The notes under the pieces are model-generated. The model worked only from the letters and a program-made list of their open reading frames with translations, was not told the DNA's origin and made no database searches. 64,000 bases of DNA from a virus: IMG/VR virus record IMGVR_UViG_3300042691_012617, positions 1 to 64,000 of that record; one strand, given 5' to 3'. The translations under genes and the position numbers were made by a program. This document shows positions 55,207-64,000 of this stretch, one piece after another (the stretch's first letter is position 1; each line of letters opens with the position of its first letter).

Positions 55207-56175
55207 TCATGTGTTGATTTGGAACAGCCGCCTGAAGTCTCTCAGTACGGGGTCGATGTATTCAGGACGCATGACCTTGATAGTTCGCTTGCTATCATTC
55301 ACTTTCGACTCATGCGCGATGTTCACGACTGATGTTGCATAACCGACATCGTCATTGTTGTCATCAATACCTAACGGAATTAACTCGGTGTTGCCAACAA
55401 CGAATCTGTCAATCAATGTAGATGGACTTTCGGATCTCTTGTTGTCCACCAAAGTGACGGGTCTGTATAGCGGAGAAACGATCTCTCCGCTGCTTGTCTC
55501 AAAGTGATGGAGTGCATAACGATTGTCGCCCACCACCCTGAACACCTGTGCCGCGACCTCTCTTCCTGTTCTAGTAGTTGAAAACAGGTCATGCCGAATG
55601 TCCTTGGGTCGAGCGATTGCCTGACCGCCCAACTGAACCAAGGTGTCTTGAATCTTGAAGGTGCCTGTGATGTCTTCGACTTCGATCTTGTATAGATTCG
55701 GATCCCAAGACTTCACCTTTCCACTAGCGATTTGATTGCCAAATCTATCCTTCTGTATGACAGTATCGCCAACCTCATAGTGAGGTAGCCGCCGATCAAA
55801 AGCAACGATCTCACCATCTTCCTGTTTTCCACTCTTATGATCCCACAGTAGCGGAGGGTATACAAACAGGCTTTTGCCCGTGTATGTCTTCTCCATCTGC
55901 GTTTCCAATTCGTTGACGCTCAGAGGCCAACTGAAGTATGGATCAAGGATCTCATTAAACATGAGAATGATCCAATGGTAGTCAGACCGACCATAGATGC
56001 GGTGAGCAATTGTCTCGGGACGCTCCTCGTCCTTGATCGTGTAATCCAAGGCGGTTCCCTGTGCTTCCTTGACGATGTCTAGGATCTTTGCCCGTGTGAG
56101 AATGTTCTTCACAAGGACTAGATTGCCCGAATCATCCCGATAGCCGACATTAGGTAGATAGTTGAAATAGCCCAT
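55207..56175 (-). CDS. gp53: baseplate wedge protein
   Basis: YFNYLPNV, YTIKDEERPETIAHRIYG..DYHWIILMFN and NDSKRTIKV. Confidence 0.92.
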   Translation of the reverse strand: MGYFNYLPNVGYRDDSGNLVLVKNILTRAKILDIVKEAQGTALDYTIKDEERPETIAHRIYGRSDYHWIILMFNEILDPYFSWPLSVNELETQMEKTYTGKSLFVYPPLLWDHKSGKQEDGEIVAFDRRLPHYEVGDTVIQKDRFGNQIASGKVKSWDPNLYKIEVEDITGTFKIQDTLVQLGGQAIARPKDIRHDLFSTTRTGREVAAQVFRVVGDNRYALHHFETSSGEIVSPLYRPVTLVDNKRSESPSTLIDRFVVGNTELIPLGIDDNNDDVGYATSVVNIAHESKVNDSKRTIKVMRPEYIDPVLRDFRRLFQINT

Positions 56176-56183
56176 GGATTATC

Positions 56184-57380
56184 TCAGGGTGAGGGGATGT
56201 TCCCCAACTCCCAACCAAAACGGTCGCGGGTGAGGATTTCAAGTTCGCTGAACGACAGTTCCATGGTGATCTTGGTGGGTGCGGAGCCGTACCCATCGTT
56301 TTGGAAGGTGGTGAATGTTGTCTCCTCGCCGTACTTCACCTTGACACCCTTGAGGGCGCACTTGTGAATGTATGGAAGATAGCCGTTCTCCCTGCCGTCC
56401 GCAGTCAGGAACTTGATTTGAAACTCTGCGGGGTAGTCCAAGAAGCGACCCGAACCCTCCGACCGCTTGGGGTGGGAGAAGAACTTGAGAAGACCGATGA
56501 TCTCATGACATGTCTCAACCTCTTCCCTGTTGCGCGGAAGAAATGTATAAGAGAAGTTGAACTCTCTGCGCTTGACTTCTTTGAACAGGTGAAGCGACAT
56601 TGGGTTCACGACTTGCCGCTGCTGTGCGGAAGCGAACTTGGCAAAGGTTCCTGCTTCAGCACCGACAAGTTCGCCCAACGAGTCAAGCACCTTGAGATTT
56701 GCCAATCCAATCTTCTTGCCGATGTCCCTTGCTGCTGCGGGATCACCGCCTGCGATTGCCTTGGGAAGTTTTAGCGCATCCAATCCTGCCATGCTTGCAT
56801 CTTCGTACTCCATCGCATATCCGACTTCCAATCCCGTAGGCATGTACAGATAGATGCGAGAAAGAATCGGTGCAGTTCCTCCTGCAAGACCCGTCTGTTC
56901 TTCTGTATAAGAATCCCGTCCCAATCCCTGACCCTTGAGGTTGCCGTCAGCAAATACCTGTTTCGCGGTATCTAAGATAACGCCGCCACCCGAAACTACC
57001 GCGCTGAGGGTGTTTGCAACCATCCCCACGATGTCTGTTTTCTGTTCGGCGGTTGCATCTGCCTCGGCGGCATTCTGTGCGGTTCGCATCTTGTCGATCA
57101 GGCTTTCGCCAAATCTAGCAAACGCCTCGCGCTTGGTTGCCAAGTATTGGGGATTGTTATCCCATATCTCAATGCACATGATGCTTTGGTGGGATGGATC
57201 TGTCAGAAGATCGTAGGGATACTTGTAGTACCCCGCAGCCCTCGTTGCATCCGCTTTGTTGATGAAACCGCCGCGACCATCATTGAACAACTTATCTTCG
57301 AATGCAGTTGATCTGCGCCGAAGAATGCCGTCGATGGCTCGGATCTCTCCGTAGGTTTTGCTGCTGCTGAACTCTGCCAT
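56184..57380 (-). CDS. gp48: baseplate tail tube cap
   Basis: YKYPYDL, IYLYMP, NP....LFK....R.FNFSYTFLPRN and LSFSELEIL. Confidence 0.88.
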   Translation of the reverse strand: MAEFSSSKTYGEIRAIDGILRRRSTAFEDKLFNDGRGGFINKADATRAAGYYKYPYDLLTDPSHQSIMCIEIWDNNPQYLATKREAFARFGESLIDKMRTAQNAAEADATAEQKTDIVGMVANTLSAVVSGGGVILDTAKQVFADGNLKGQGLGRDSYTEEQTGLAGGTAPILSRIYLYMPTGLEVGYAMEYEDASMAGLDALKLPKAIAGGDPAAARDIGKKIGLANLKVLDSLGELVGAEAGTFAKFASAQQRQVVNPMSLHLFKEVKRREFNFSYTFLPRNREEVETCHEIIGLLKFFSHPKRSEGSGRFLDYPAEFQIKFLTADGRENGYLPYIHKCALKGVKVKYGEETTFTTFQNDGYGSAPTKITMELSFSELEILTRDRFGWELGNIPSP

Positions 57381-57387
57381 ATGGGTG

Positions 57388-57411
57388 TATTTAGATGGGA
57401 TCTCATAAATA
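57388..57411. promoter_or_regulatory. back-to-back late promoters
   Basis: CTAAATA on the - strand (57388-57394, for gp48) and ATAAATA on the + strand (57405-57411, for gp4). Confidence 0.75.
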
Positions 57412-57432
57412 GCAGATACGGGAGACACGATC

Positions 57433-57897
57433 ATCGCAACTGGAAACTCGTACAAGGGAAAGTACACACCAAAGCGTCCACAAAAGTACAAGGGCGATCC
57501 CAACATGTGCTTCTACCGATCATCGTGGGAACGCCGATTTATGACATTCTGCGACGAGAACGATGCGGTGGTTGAGTGGTCTTCCGAAGAGGTTGTGATT
57601 CCCTACATCTCGCCAATCGATGGACGGCGGCACCGATACTTCGTTGACTTTTGGGTGCGACTGCGGAAGCCTGATGGGTCAATTGAGGAATGCCTGATAG
57701 AAGTAAAGCCGAAAAAGCAGACAATGAAGCCCGAACAGCCAAAGTCAAAACGGATCTCCAAGTCCAAATTGTTTGAGATCCGCAACTGGATGATCAATTC
57801 GGCAAAATGGGCGGCTGCTGAAGACTATTGCGGGGATCGGGGTTGGAAGTTCAGACTCCTAACTGAAGAAAACATCTTCGGAAAGACTGCCAAATGA
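57433..57897 (+). CDS. gp4: head completion nuclease, probable ATC start
   Basis: YKGKYTPKRPQKYKGDP lies upstream of the first ATG (57505); YRSSWE, HRYFVDF, LIEVKP and NSAKWAAA. Confidence 0.92.
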   Translation: MATGNSYKGKYTPKRPQKYKGDPNMCFYRSSWERRFMTFCDENDAVVEWSSEEVVIPYISPIDGRRHRYFVDFWVRLRKPDGSIEECLIEVKPKKQTMKPEQPKSKRISKSKLFEIRNWMINSAKWAAAEDYCGDRGWKFRLLTEENIFGKTAK

Positions 57898-58487
57898 CGA
57901 AGCAACAGGTAACAAAGGTTGTAAACCAGTTCGCACGAACCACCAATCTGAATTTGGGCGATGATCGGGCTACCCGTTGGTTGGCAACCAACCTGTCTAG
58001 AATTAAAACAACCATGCGACAGGATAACTACATCGACAGCAGCAAGACACTAATTCGAAAGCAATTGACGCCAGGGAACATGGTGTTTTTTGGATACGCG
58101 CCCAAGACCAAGGATGAACTCCAATTTTGGGATGAGTTTCCTGTGACGATCATCCTTCACCCACAGAAGGGTGGATTCCTCGGATTGAACCTTCACTATC
58201 TACCACCCTCGGCTCGGGCAGACTTCCTTAATAAACTCCTGAAGTATGTCTCCGATCCGAATTGGGTCAAGCACAACAACACATCAGTTGAGTTTCGCGT
58301 CACCTACGGTCTACTCAAGAACAGCGCGAAAATGAAAGCGTTCAAGCCCTGCATCAAGCGATATTACTACAGTCATATCGTCACAAAGGTAGCGTACATC
58401 GAACCTATGAGATGGAAGATGGTACCCTTCTTTCCATTGGACAAGTTCAAGGGTGCAACTCGCGCAGATGTTTGGGCTTTGGCATAA
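57894..58487 (+). CDS. gp2: DNA end protector protein
   Basis: YAPKTKDEL.FWDEFP, GFLGLNLHYLPP and KPCIKRY. Confidence 0.92.
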   Translation: MTKQQVTKVVNQFARTTNLNLGDDRATRWLATNLSRIKTTMRQDNYIDSSKTLIRKQLTPGNMVFFGYAPKTKDELQFWDEFPVTIILHPQKGGFLGLNLHYLPPSARADFLNKLLKYVSDPNWVKHNNTSVEFRVTYGLLKNSAKMKAFKPCIKRYYYSHIVTKVAYIEPMRWKMVPFFPLDKFKGATRADVWALA

Positions 58488-58505
58488 TAGATACCTTATA
58501 GAACC

Positions 58506-59552
58506 ATGGATATCCTCGGAAACCTACAAGCAACACGGGCAAGAGCCGCATACCAATCGTATGTCGGAAATCCCGACCCATCGTTTCAAGATTCTGTCTA
58601 CGGGCGGGCGCGTGAAACGGGATGGGCGGCGGGTAATCGTTGGTTGGTTATGGTGTTCCCAAACCAAGCGGTGAGAGACGGCATCGGCATGAATTTTGTT
58701 CCTGATGTCGCCCGATTGGCTACCACATGCAAGTCGATCAACCTCAATGAACAGACTTGGTATAGCACCGAGCAGAACTATATCAACGCAGGCCCGAACC
58801 GTGTGTTTCCTTACAAGAGAAACACCAACAATGCTTCGGGCATCAAGGTGCAGTTCAATGTCGGAACAGACATGTTTGAAAAGGAATTCTTTGAGGGGTG
58901 GTTGCGGTACATTCAAAATCCATACACGCGGCAATGGAAGTTCTACGATGACTACGCCAAGGACAGTTTCATCTATCTGCTCCTCCTGCCGAACCATGTG
59001 CAGAACTTCGCCATGGCAATGGAAGCCATGTATCAGGGCAAGGTTGTCGGCTACAAGTTTACCGAAGTCTATCCGTTCTCCATGAACATGAACGGTGGAA
59101 ACCTGAACTACAACAATGTACAGGAGCCGTTGTTCTCTGACATCGGATTCATGTACCATGACATGATCCCGCTTCAGGAAGAAACGATTAAGTACGACAA
59201 CATCATTCCAACAGTCACCGATACGGGTTACCCCGTGATTGAGCGGGATCGCTACAAGGACATCCTCACGGCAAGCCAAGCGGGTATCGACAAGGCTGTC
59301 AATGGATTTGCCCTCGGTACGATTGCAGAACGGGCGGCGTTCAACAACATTCGTCAACAGCAACGCAGCGTCCTACAGGCTTATGTCAAGCAACTAGAGG
59401 AATACAAGGTGGATGATCTGCCGCGTGGCGTGGATGGAAGAGTGGTCTATTCCACACCGCGTCAAGGTGGACTCGACTTGGGTCTGACTCTCCTGTCACA
59501 GACTCAAGGCTTTTTCGGTGCAGGATTCTTTGGAAACGGATTTTTACCCTAA
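58506..59552 (+). CDS. tail tube initiator (gp54-like)
   Basis: Tube-fold pattern (NRWLV...CKSINL...FFEGW...YDDY...FTEVYP); lies between gp2 and gp26. Confidence 0.7.
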   Translation: MDILGNLQATRARAAYQSYVGNPDPSFQDSVYGRARETGWAAGNRWLVMVFPNQAVRDGIGMNFVPDVARLATTCKSINLNEQTWYSTEQNYINAGPNRVFPYKRNTNNASGIKVQFNVGTDMFEKEFFEGWLRYIQNPYTRQWKFYDDYAKDSFIYLLLLPNHVQNFAMAMEAMYQGKVVGYKFTEVYPFSMNMNGGNLNYNNVQEPLFSDIGFMYHDMIPLQEETIKYDNIIPTVTDTGYPVIERDRYKDILTASQAGIDKAVNGFALGTIAERAAFNNIRQQQRSVLQAYVKQLEEYKVDDLPRGVDGRVVYSTPRQGGLDLGLTLLSQTQGFFGAGFFGNGFLP

Positions 59553-59574
59553 CTTTTCGTCATAGGAGATCGTT

Positions 59575-60282
59575 ATGTCACTCGCAGGAATTATCGCTTC
59601 AACGCCAAAACACCAAACAACTCTTCCCGTCAGCGGAAAGAAGATCGAATACCGACCCTTCATCGTCAAGGAAGAGAAGATCCTTCTCATGGCGGCTGAG
59701 AGCAAGGACGAGAAGACAATCAACACAGCCATCCGCGATGTGATCTCCGCATGCACAGGCGGGGCTGTGGATGTCTTCAAGTTGCCATTGGTAGACATGG
59801 AGTATTTGTTCCTGCAACTCCGCAGCCAATCCGTTGGTGAGACTGCCAAGCCAAATGTCAAGTGTTCAAAGTGTGAACTCCCGACTGAGGTTGAGATCAA
59901 CCTGAAGGAGATTCAACCGATCACCGATCCAAACCATAAGAAGATCATCCCTGTTGTCGGGGATATCAGCGTGGTCATGAAGTATCCCACAGTCGATGAC
60001 CTGAAGGATATTGACTCGCAGAGTGACATTGAAAAGGCACTCACCCTGTTGGTCAAGTCAATCGACAAGGTCTATCAGGGTGAGAAGATCTTCAATGCCT
60101 CGGAAATGGATCCCAAGGAAGTTCGTGGATTCATCGAAGAGATGACGCAGGAACAGTTCAAGAAACTCTTCTCCTTCGTGGAAACGATGCCCAAGTTGGA
60201 GAAGCAAGTTCAATTCAAGTGCAAGCATTGTGGTCATGAGAACAACTCGACTCTGAGGGGGATCACAAGTTTTTTCTCCTAG
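59575..60282 (+). CDS. gp26: baseplate hub assembly protein
   Basis: LPVSGKKIEYRPFIVKEEKILLMA, EYLFLQLRSQSVGE, CxxC motifs and G..SFF. Confidence 0.92.
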   Translation: MSLAGIIASTPKHQTTLPVSGKKIEYRPFIVKEEKILLMAAESKDEKTINTAIRDVISACTGGAVDVFKLPLVDMEYLFLQLRSQSVGETAKPNVKCSKCELPTEVEINLKEIQPITDPNHKKIIPVVGDISVVMKYPTVDDLKDIDSQSDIEKALTLLVKSIDKVYQGEKIFNASEMDPKEVRGFIEEMTQEQFKKLFSFVETMPKLEKQVQFKCKHCGHENNSTLRGITSFFS

Positions 60283-60308
60283 CCTCCACCCATGACAACT
60301 TGTTCAAC

Positions 60309-60470
60309 ATGCTCTCTGTGAACTTTGCGATGATGCAAAACTTCAACTACACGCTAGTTGATCTAGAGAGCATGATGCCATGGGAGCGGAGGGTTTATAT
60401 CGATTTGCTGATGCAACACTTGAAGGAAGAGAAGGAGCGAATGGAGTCTTTGAAGAGCCAAAGACAGTAA
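60309..60470 (+). CDS. gp51: baseplate hub assembly catalyst (gp51-like), not in the ORF track
   Basis: NFAMMQNFNYTLVDLESMMPWERRVYIDLL; the frame is open back to the gp26 slippery site. Confidence 0.85.
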   Translation: MLSVNFAMMQNFNYTLVDLESMMPWERRVYIDLLMQHLKEEKERMESLKSQRQ

Positions 60471-60482
60471 AGGGACAGATAG

Positions 60483-63176
60483 ATGGCTGAACCAACACAA
60501 GGCAATCCCACACCACCGAACAACCAAGACGGTATTACACCACCTATGTCGAATGATGTTGCAACCAAAGCATTCGATAAGTTTTTCGCTGAGATGGAAG
60601 ACTTGAAGAAGACCATCGAAGGCTCCAAGAAAATCCTTGAGACACAAAAGAAACTTCAGGCGGATCTGAACAAAGCATCCCTCATTGAGCAGAAAGCGCG
60701 AAACGCTGTCACAGAGGGAATGAAGAAACTGGACAAGGAAAACGAAAAGTATAGAGACAAACAAGGAAATTGGCTAGCAGAGACAGAAGCGATGCAAGCC
60801 AAGTATGCCGCCGACATGGAAGAACTCCACAAGGCGCACCTAGAGACCGAAGATAGTTTCTTCAAGGCATCTGATGCGTTGATGGAAAACACAAAAGCCA
60901 TGGGGCAGATGAAGGACGCGACACAGTCTGCGCTGTTTGGTTTGCGCGATCTTCGTGACATGGTGCGTGAGTTTGATCCCGAAGTGGCGGCAGGATTGAG
61001 CAAGGCATATGGCGAAGCCGCCAATCTTGTGGTTAAATCTAACAAGGATTTTGATGCCGCCAATTCTGAAATTGCAAGGACATCGGGCGAAGAACTTGAA
61101 AAGGCGTTGGGCGAAATGGCAGATGGTCTGCGTAAAGCAAACAACGCAGAGATGCACGAAGAAGCAATCAAGGCTCAAGAGAAGATATTTGATGCTCAAA
61201 AAGAATTTGCAGAACAAACCAAGAAACTCGCTGATGAGATGTCAACTACCGAAATTGCCCAAGAACTTGGTGCAGGCGGTGGCGTTGTCGGGTTGAGAGA
61301 TATCAAAGCAGAGGTAGATGACCTTAGTGGTCTCACCGACAAAGCAGTCGCTCTCTACAAGGCAAAGAACAAAGAGGCGACTGACAGCGATGTCAAGAAG
61401 TATAAGGAAGAGTTCATCTATCAGCAGAAGTCTTTGATTCAGCAGAGACTTGAGCAAAAGTTCAACAAGGAAATTGATGAGCAGAGAAACAAGCGAATCC
61501 TGAAGATCATGGAGGAGAAAAAAGTCTCCAAGGATGTCGCGGCAAAGATCGACAGCGGAAGCAAAGAAGGCAAGCAGGCCGATGCTGACATGATCAAGCG
61601 GCACGAAGACACAATGAAGGGCTTCGAAAGCCTCAATGCCACTCAACTTGCGATGCTAGAGAATGCCAAGGACAGCGACATGAAGTTGGCTGAAAGGGAA
61701 GCAGAAGCAGCCAATGACTATCCGCCTTGGGCACAACCACTCATAGATGGAATTGCTAGTCTAAAGGACACAATGGGTGGCATGTTCAAGAAAGAGGACG
61801 GGTGGTTTAAGACCATCCTCCTAATTTTGTCCGTGACTATAGGGGCAGTTCTAGGATACATCTTCTACAAAGTGATGTTCATCTTTAACATCGTCAAGGG
61901 TATCTTTGGCTTGCTCACGCACCTTCCATTTGGAATTGGCAAAGCAATTGGGGGAATATTTGCAAAACTCGGCGGTGTTGGTGGCGGTATTGCAAAAATG
62001 TTTAGCGGCGTTGGAAGTAAGTTGGGTCTTTTCGGAGAAGGGATTGCCAAGGTTTTTCCATTCATTGGACGATTGGGAACCGCTTTCAAATTTGGCTTCC
62101 AAATCCTAGGAAAGGCATTCTTCTACATCCAACTTGTAGTAGATGCCATCTTTGGTGCATACAAGGGTTTCCAACAGTTGGGCAATATCAAAGGTTTGAT
62201 CATGGGTGCAATCGCTCAGATCATCAGCGGGCTTACATTTGGACTGCTCGACTTCCAAAGCATCTTCGATTTCTTCAACACAACCATGAGCGGTGTATTC
62301 GATGGAATCGCGGGTGTGTTTGAACCAATCGTTGAGTTTTTCGGAAAGGCATATGACAACTTGACGAATGCCTTCTCGCGTGTGATGGCAGTTTTTCAAG
62401 GAGAGGGGTCTATCTTCACCAAGATATTCAAAGTCATTCAGATCGGCATCACAACAACAGTCAAGAACCTCGTCGCGTTCATAGGAGCGGCAATAAAGAC
62501 TGTTTTCAATGCTGTTGTTGTATTGCCTTTCAAGATTGGTGAGTTTATCGGTGAGATGCTTGTCAAGTTGGCAGAATTGACATATGACGCTTTTGTATCT
62601 CTGTGGGATTGGATCTCTAGTGGTCGAATCTTGGCAGATGTCGCAAACTTTGGTACTTGGCTTTATGACGAACTAATCGGATTCTTCGCAGGAATCATCA
62701 ATGCAATCGCTGACGGCTTGGGTGAAATCCCAATCGTTGGTGGCTACATCAAGGAAGCATTGGGCGGCGGTGCGGGTGGAGATGGTCTACAGACTGCGGT
62801 TGAGAAGAGTGCTGAAGTTGTAAAAGAGGCACAGCAAAGCGCAGACACTATGGCGACAAACGCTACCACACCAACTCAAAGTAGTGCCGTGCAGTTTGTA
62901 AACACTCCTATAACGCCGATTGCAACTCCAAGCGGTAAAGTACAATTTGCTGCTCCCTCTTATAATGCTAATACTGTCAATACGGCAACGATGAACACAG
63001 CAACAGCAAGAATGGAAGCCACAAACCAAGGTGGCACCGCTGTCATCAACACCCCGACTACAAACAATGTCATGAGTGGCGGTGGTGGCGAGAGCAATGT
63101 GCTGATGCCGACAAACAACAGAAACACGGAACCGACATTCCGCGCCCTGCTGTTTCAGGATTGTCCTGCCCTATAA
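60483..63176 (+). CDS. tape measure-like protein (gp29 position)
   Basis: Long helical N-half, Gly/Phe/Ile-rich amphipathic middle and NTPTTNN C-terminus; follows gp26/gp51. Confidence 0.75.
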   Translation: MAEPTQGNPTPPNNQDGITPPMSNDVATKAFDKFFAEMEDLKKTIEGSKKILETQKKLQADLNKASLIEQKARNAVTEGMKKLDKENEKYRDKQGNWLAETEAMQAKYAADMEELHKAHLETEDSFFKASDALMENTKAMGQMKDATQSALFGLRDLRDMVREFDPEVAAGLSKAYGEAANLVVKSNKDFDAANSEIARTSGEELEKALGEMADGLRKANNAEMHEEAIKAQEKIFDAQKEFAEQTKKLADEMSTTEIAQELGAGGGVVGLRDIKAEVDDLSGLTDKAVALYKAKNKEATDSDVKKYKEEFIYQQKSLIQQRLEQKFNKEIDEQRNKRILKIMEEKKVSKDVAAKIDSGSKEGKQADADMIKRHEDTMKGFESLNATQLAMLENAKDSDMKLAEREAEAANDYPPWAQPLIDGIASLKDTMGGMFKKEDGWFKTILLILSVTIGAVLGYIFYKVMFIFNIVKGIFGLLTHLPFGIGKAIGGIFAKLGGVGGGIAKMFSGVGSKLGLFGEGIAKVFPFIGRLGTAFKFGFQILGKAFFYIQLVVDAIFGAYKGFQQLGNIKGLIMGAIAQIISGLTFGLLDFQSIFDFFNTTMSGVFDGIAGVFEPIVEFFGKAYDNLTNAFSRVMAVFQGEGSIFTKIFKVIQIGITTTVKNLVAFIGAAIKTVFNAVVVLPFKIGEFIGEMLVKLAELTYDAFVSLWDWISSGRILADVANFGTWLYDELIGFFAGIINAIADGLGEIPIVGGYIKEALGGGAGGDGLQTAVEKSAEVVKEAQQSADTMATNATTPTQSSAVQFVNTPITPIATPSGKVQFAAPSYNANTVNTATMNTATARMEATNQGGTAVINTPTTNNVMSGGGGESNVLMPTNNRNTEPTFRALLFQDCPAL

Positions 63177-63238
63177 CACAACAGCCGCCCATTTCTGAGC
63201 GGCAGTCGTGCGCCTCCACGGCATGGGTTGATTAAGAC

Positions 63239-64000
63239 TCACTCATCGTCATCTGCCAACTTCTTAAAGTAGGCAAACGCATCCTCGTCCTCATCCTCAG
63301 TCTTTGCTGCCTTCGCAGGAGCCTTCTTGGGAGCCTTCTCCTCGGAGACGGGAGCCGCGGCCTTCATCTTGCTACGGAAATCCTCAGGCTCTGCCTCCTC
63401 GGCACGGGCAGCGGAACCCTCGCTCGTACCGCCCTTGAGAACCTGATCCATGCGACCCTTCAGTTCCTCGTAGGACTTGAACTGATCGGCACCGACGAAC
63501 GCCTGTAGCGGATACTGCATCTTCCACAGGGTTTCCAGTTGCTTGTCGTTGCCATCGAAGAGTTCCGATGCGGGTTGGAACGCGCTCTTCTCGTAGGACA
63601 CATAACCGTCCACCATAGCCGCCTTCAACTTGAAGTTAGCACCCTGCCAAAAGTCAAAGGGATTGATCTTCGGCTCGTCATCGGTTGGGTTCATGGCATC
63701 CTGCAACTTGTCGAAGATCTTCTTACCGAACTTGAACAGGAAGACCTTGCCTTCGTTGTCGCGGTTGGTTGGATCGTTGACAACAAGAATGTTGGCGATG
63801 TACGACAACTTGCGCTTCCGATCACGGGCGATGCCCTTGTTCGACTCAAGTCCGCTGTTCCAAAGTTCGTTGTTCGCCTCGCAGATCGGGCACTTCTTCC
63901 CAATCGTGGTTGGGCAGTTGTCGATGAGCCAACCACCCTTGCCTTGGAAGCCGTGGCTAAAGAGCCGCACCCAAGGAATGTCCTCGCCTTCGACGGGCGG
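63239..64000 (-). CDS. gp32: single-stranded DNA-binding protein, 5'-truncated
   Basis: PWVRLFSHGFQG.GGW.I.NCPTTIG..CPICE, NEGKVFLFKFGKKIFDK, NPFDFWQGANFKLK and an acidic tail. Confidence 0.97.
   Translation of the reverse strand, partial: PPVEGEDIPWVRLFSHGFQGKGGWLIDNCPTTIGKKCPICEANNELWNSGLESNKGIARDRKRKLSYIANILVVNDPTNRDNEGKVFLFKFGKKIFDKLQDAMNPTDDEPKINPFDFWQGANFKLKAAMVDGYVSYEKSAFQPASELFDGNDKQLETLWKMQYPLQAFVGADQFKSYEELKGRMDQVLKGGTSEGSAARAEEAEPEDFRSKMKAAAPVSEEKAPKKAPAKAAKTEDEDEDAFAYFKKLADDDE

Noticed and set aside
63180-63210. Terminator between the tape measure gene and gp32
   Set aside because: Only a short GCCGC/GCGGC stem with no U tract; too weak to call.
1-64000. Alternative genetic code, introns, inteins, homing endonucleases, CRISPR arrays, tRNAs
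   Set aside because: Core genes are intact and of expected length in the standard code; none of these elements was seen.

Overview
This 64-kb window comes from a large T4-like myovirus genome. Bases 1-12.5 kb are a + strand accessory/early region. It holds many small ORFs behind sigma70-type promoters, a GDP-fucose pathway (fcl, gmd), a deaminase, a PEP-CTERM-type surface protein, a two-cohesin protein and a ~195-nt structured RNA with its own promoter. Bases 12.5-57.4 kb are a - strand virion module: two gp3-like genes, gp23-22-21, core proteins, gp20-19-18-17-16-15-14-13, two collar-domain fibres, a GT2-TPR glycosyltransferase, a VrlC-like protein, gp8-7-6-25, a holin-like gene, PAAR, gp5, gp27-like, gp53 and gp48. 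A divergent + strand block follows (gp4, gp2, gp54-like, gp26, gp51, tape measure), then the 3' part of gp32. The PTPG...GLAGL..RRRR sorting signal and the cohesin domains suggest a Planctomycetota (Phycisphaerae-like) host; this is inference. The leading hypothesis is a virion glycosylation system: late-promoter GDP-fucose genes, a late GT2-TPR inside the tail module, and a G-x-T-[G/A] motif repeated through exterior virion proteins. Other notable items are the unclassified ncRNA, a lipoprotein-coiled-coil-3TM protein (possible unimolecular spanin/holin fusion), a probable gp26/gp51 -1 frameshift, a probable ATC start for gp4, leaderless late mRNAs behind (C/A)TAAATA promoters, and apparent avoidance of CCGG and AGCT. 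All product calls come from motif recognition and synteny; no database searches were run.
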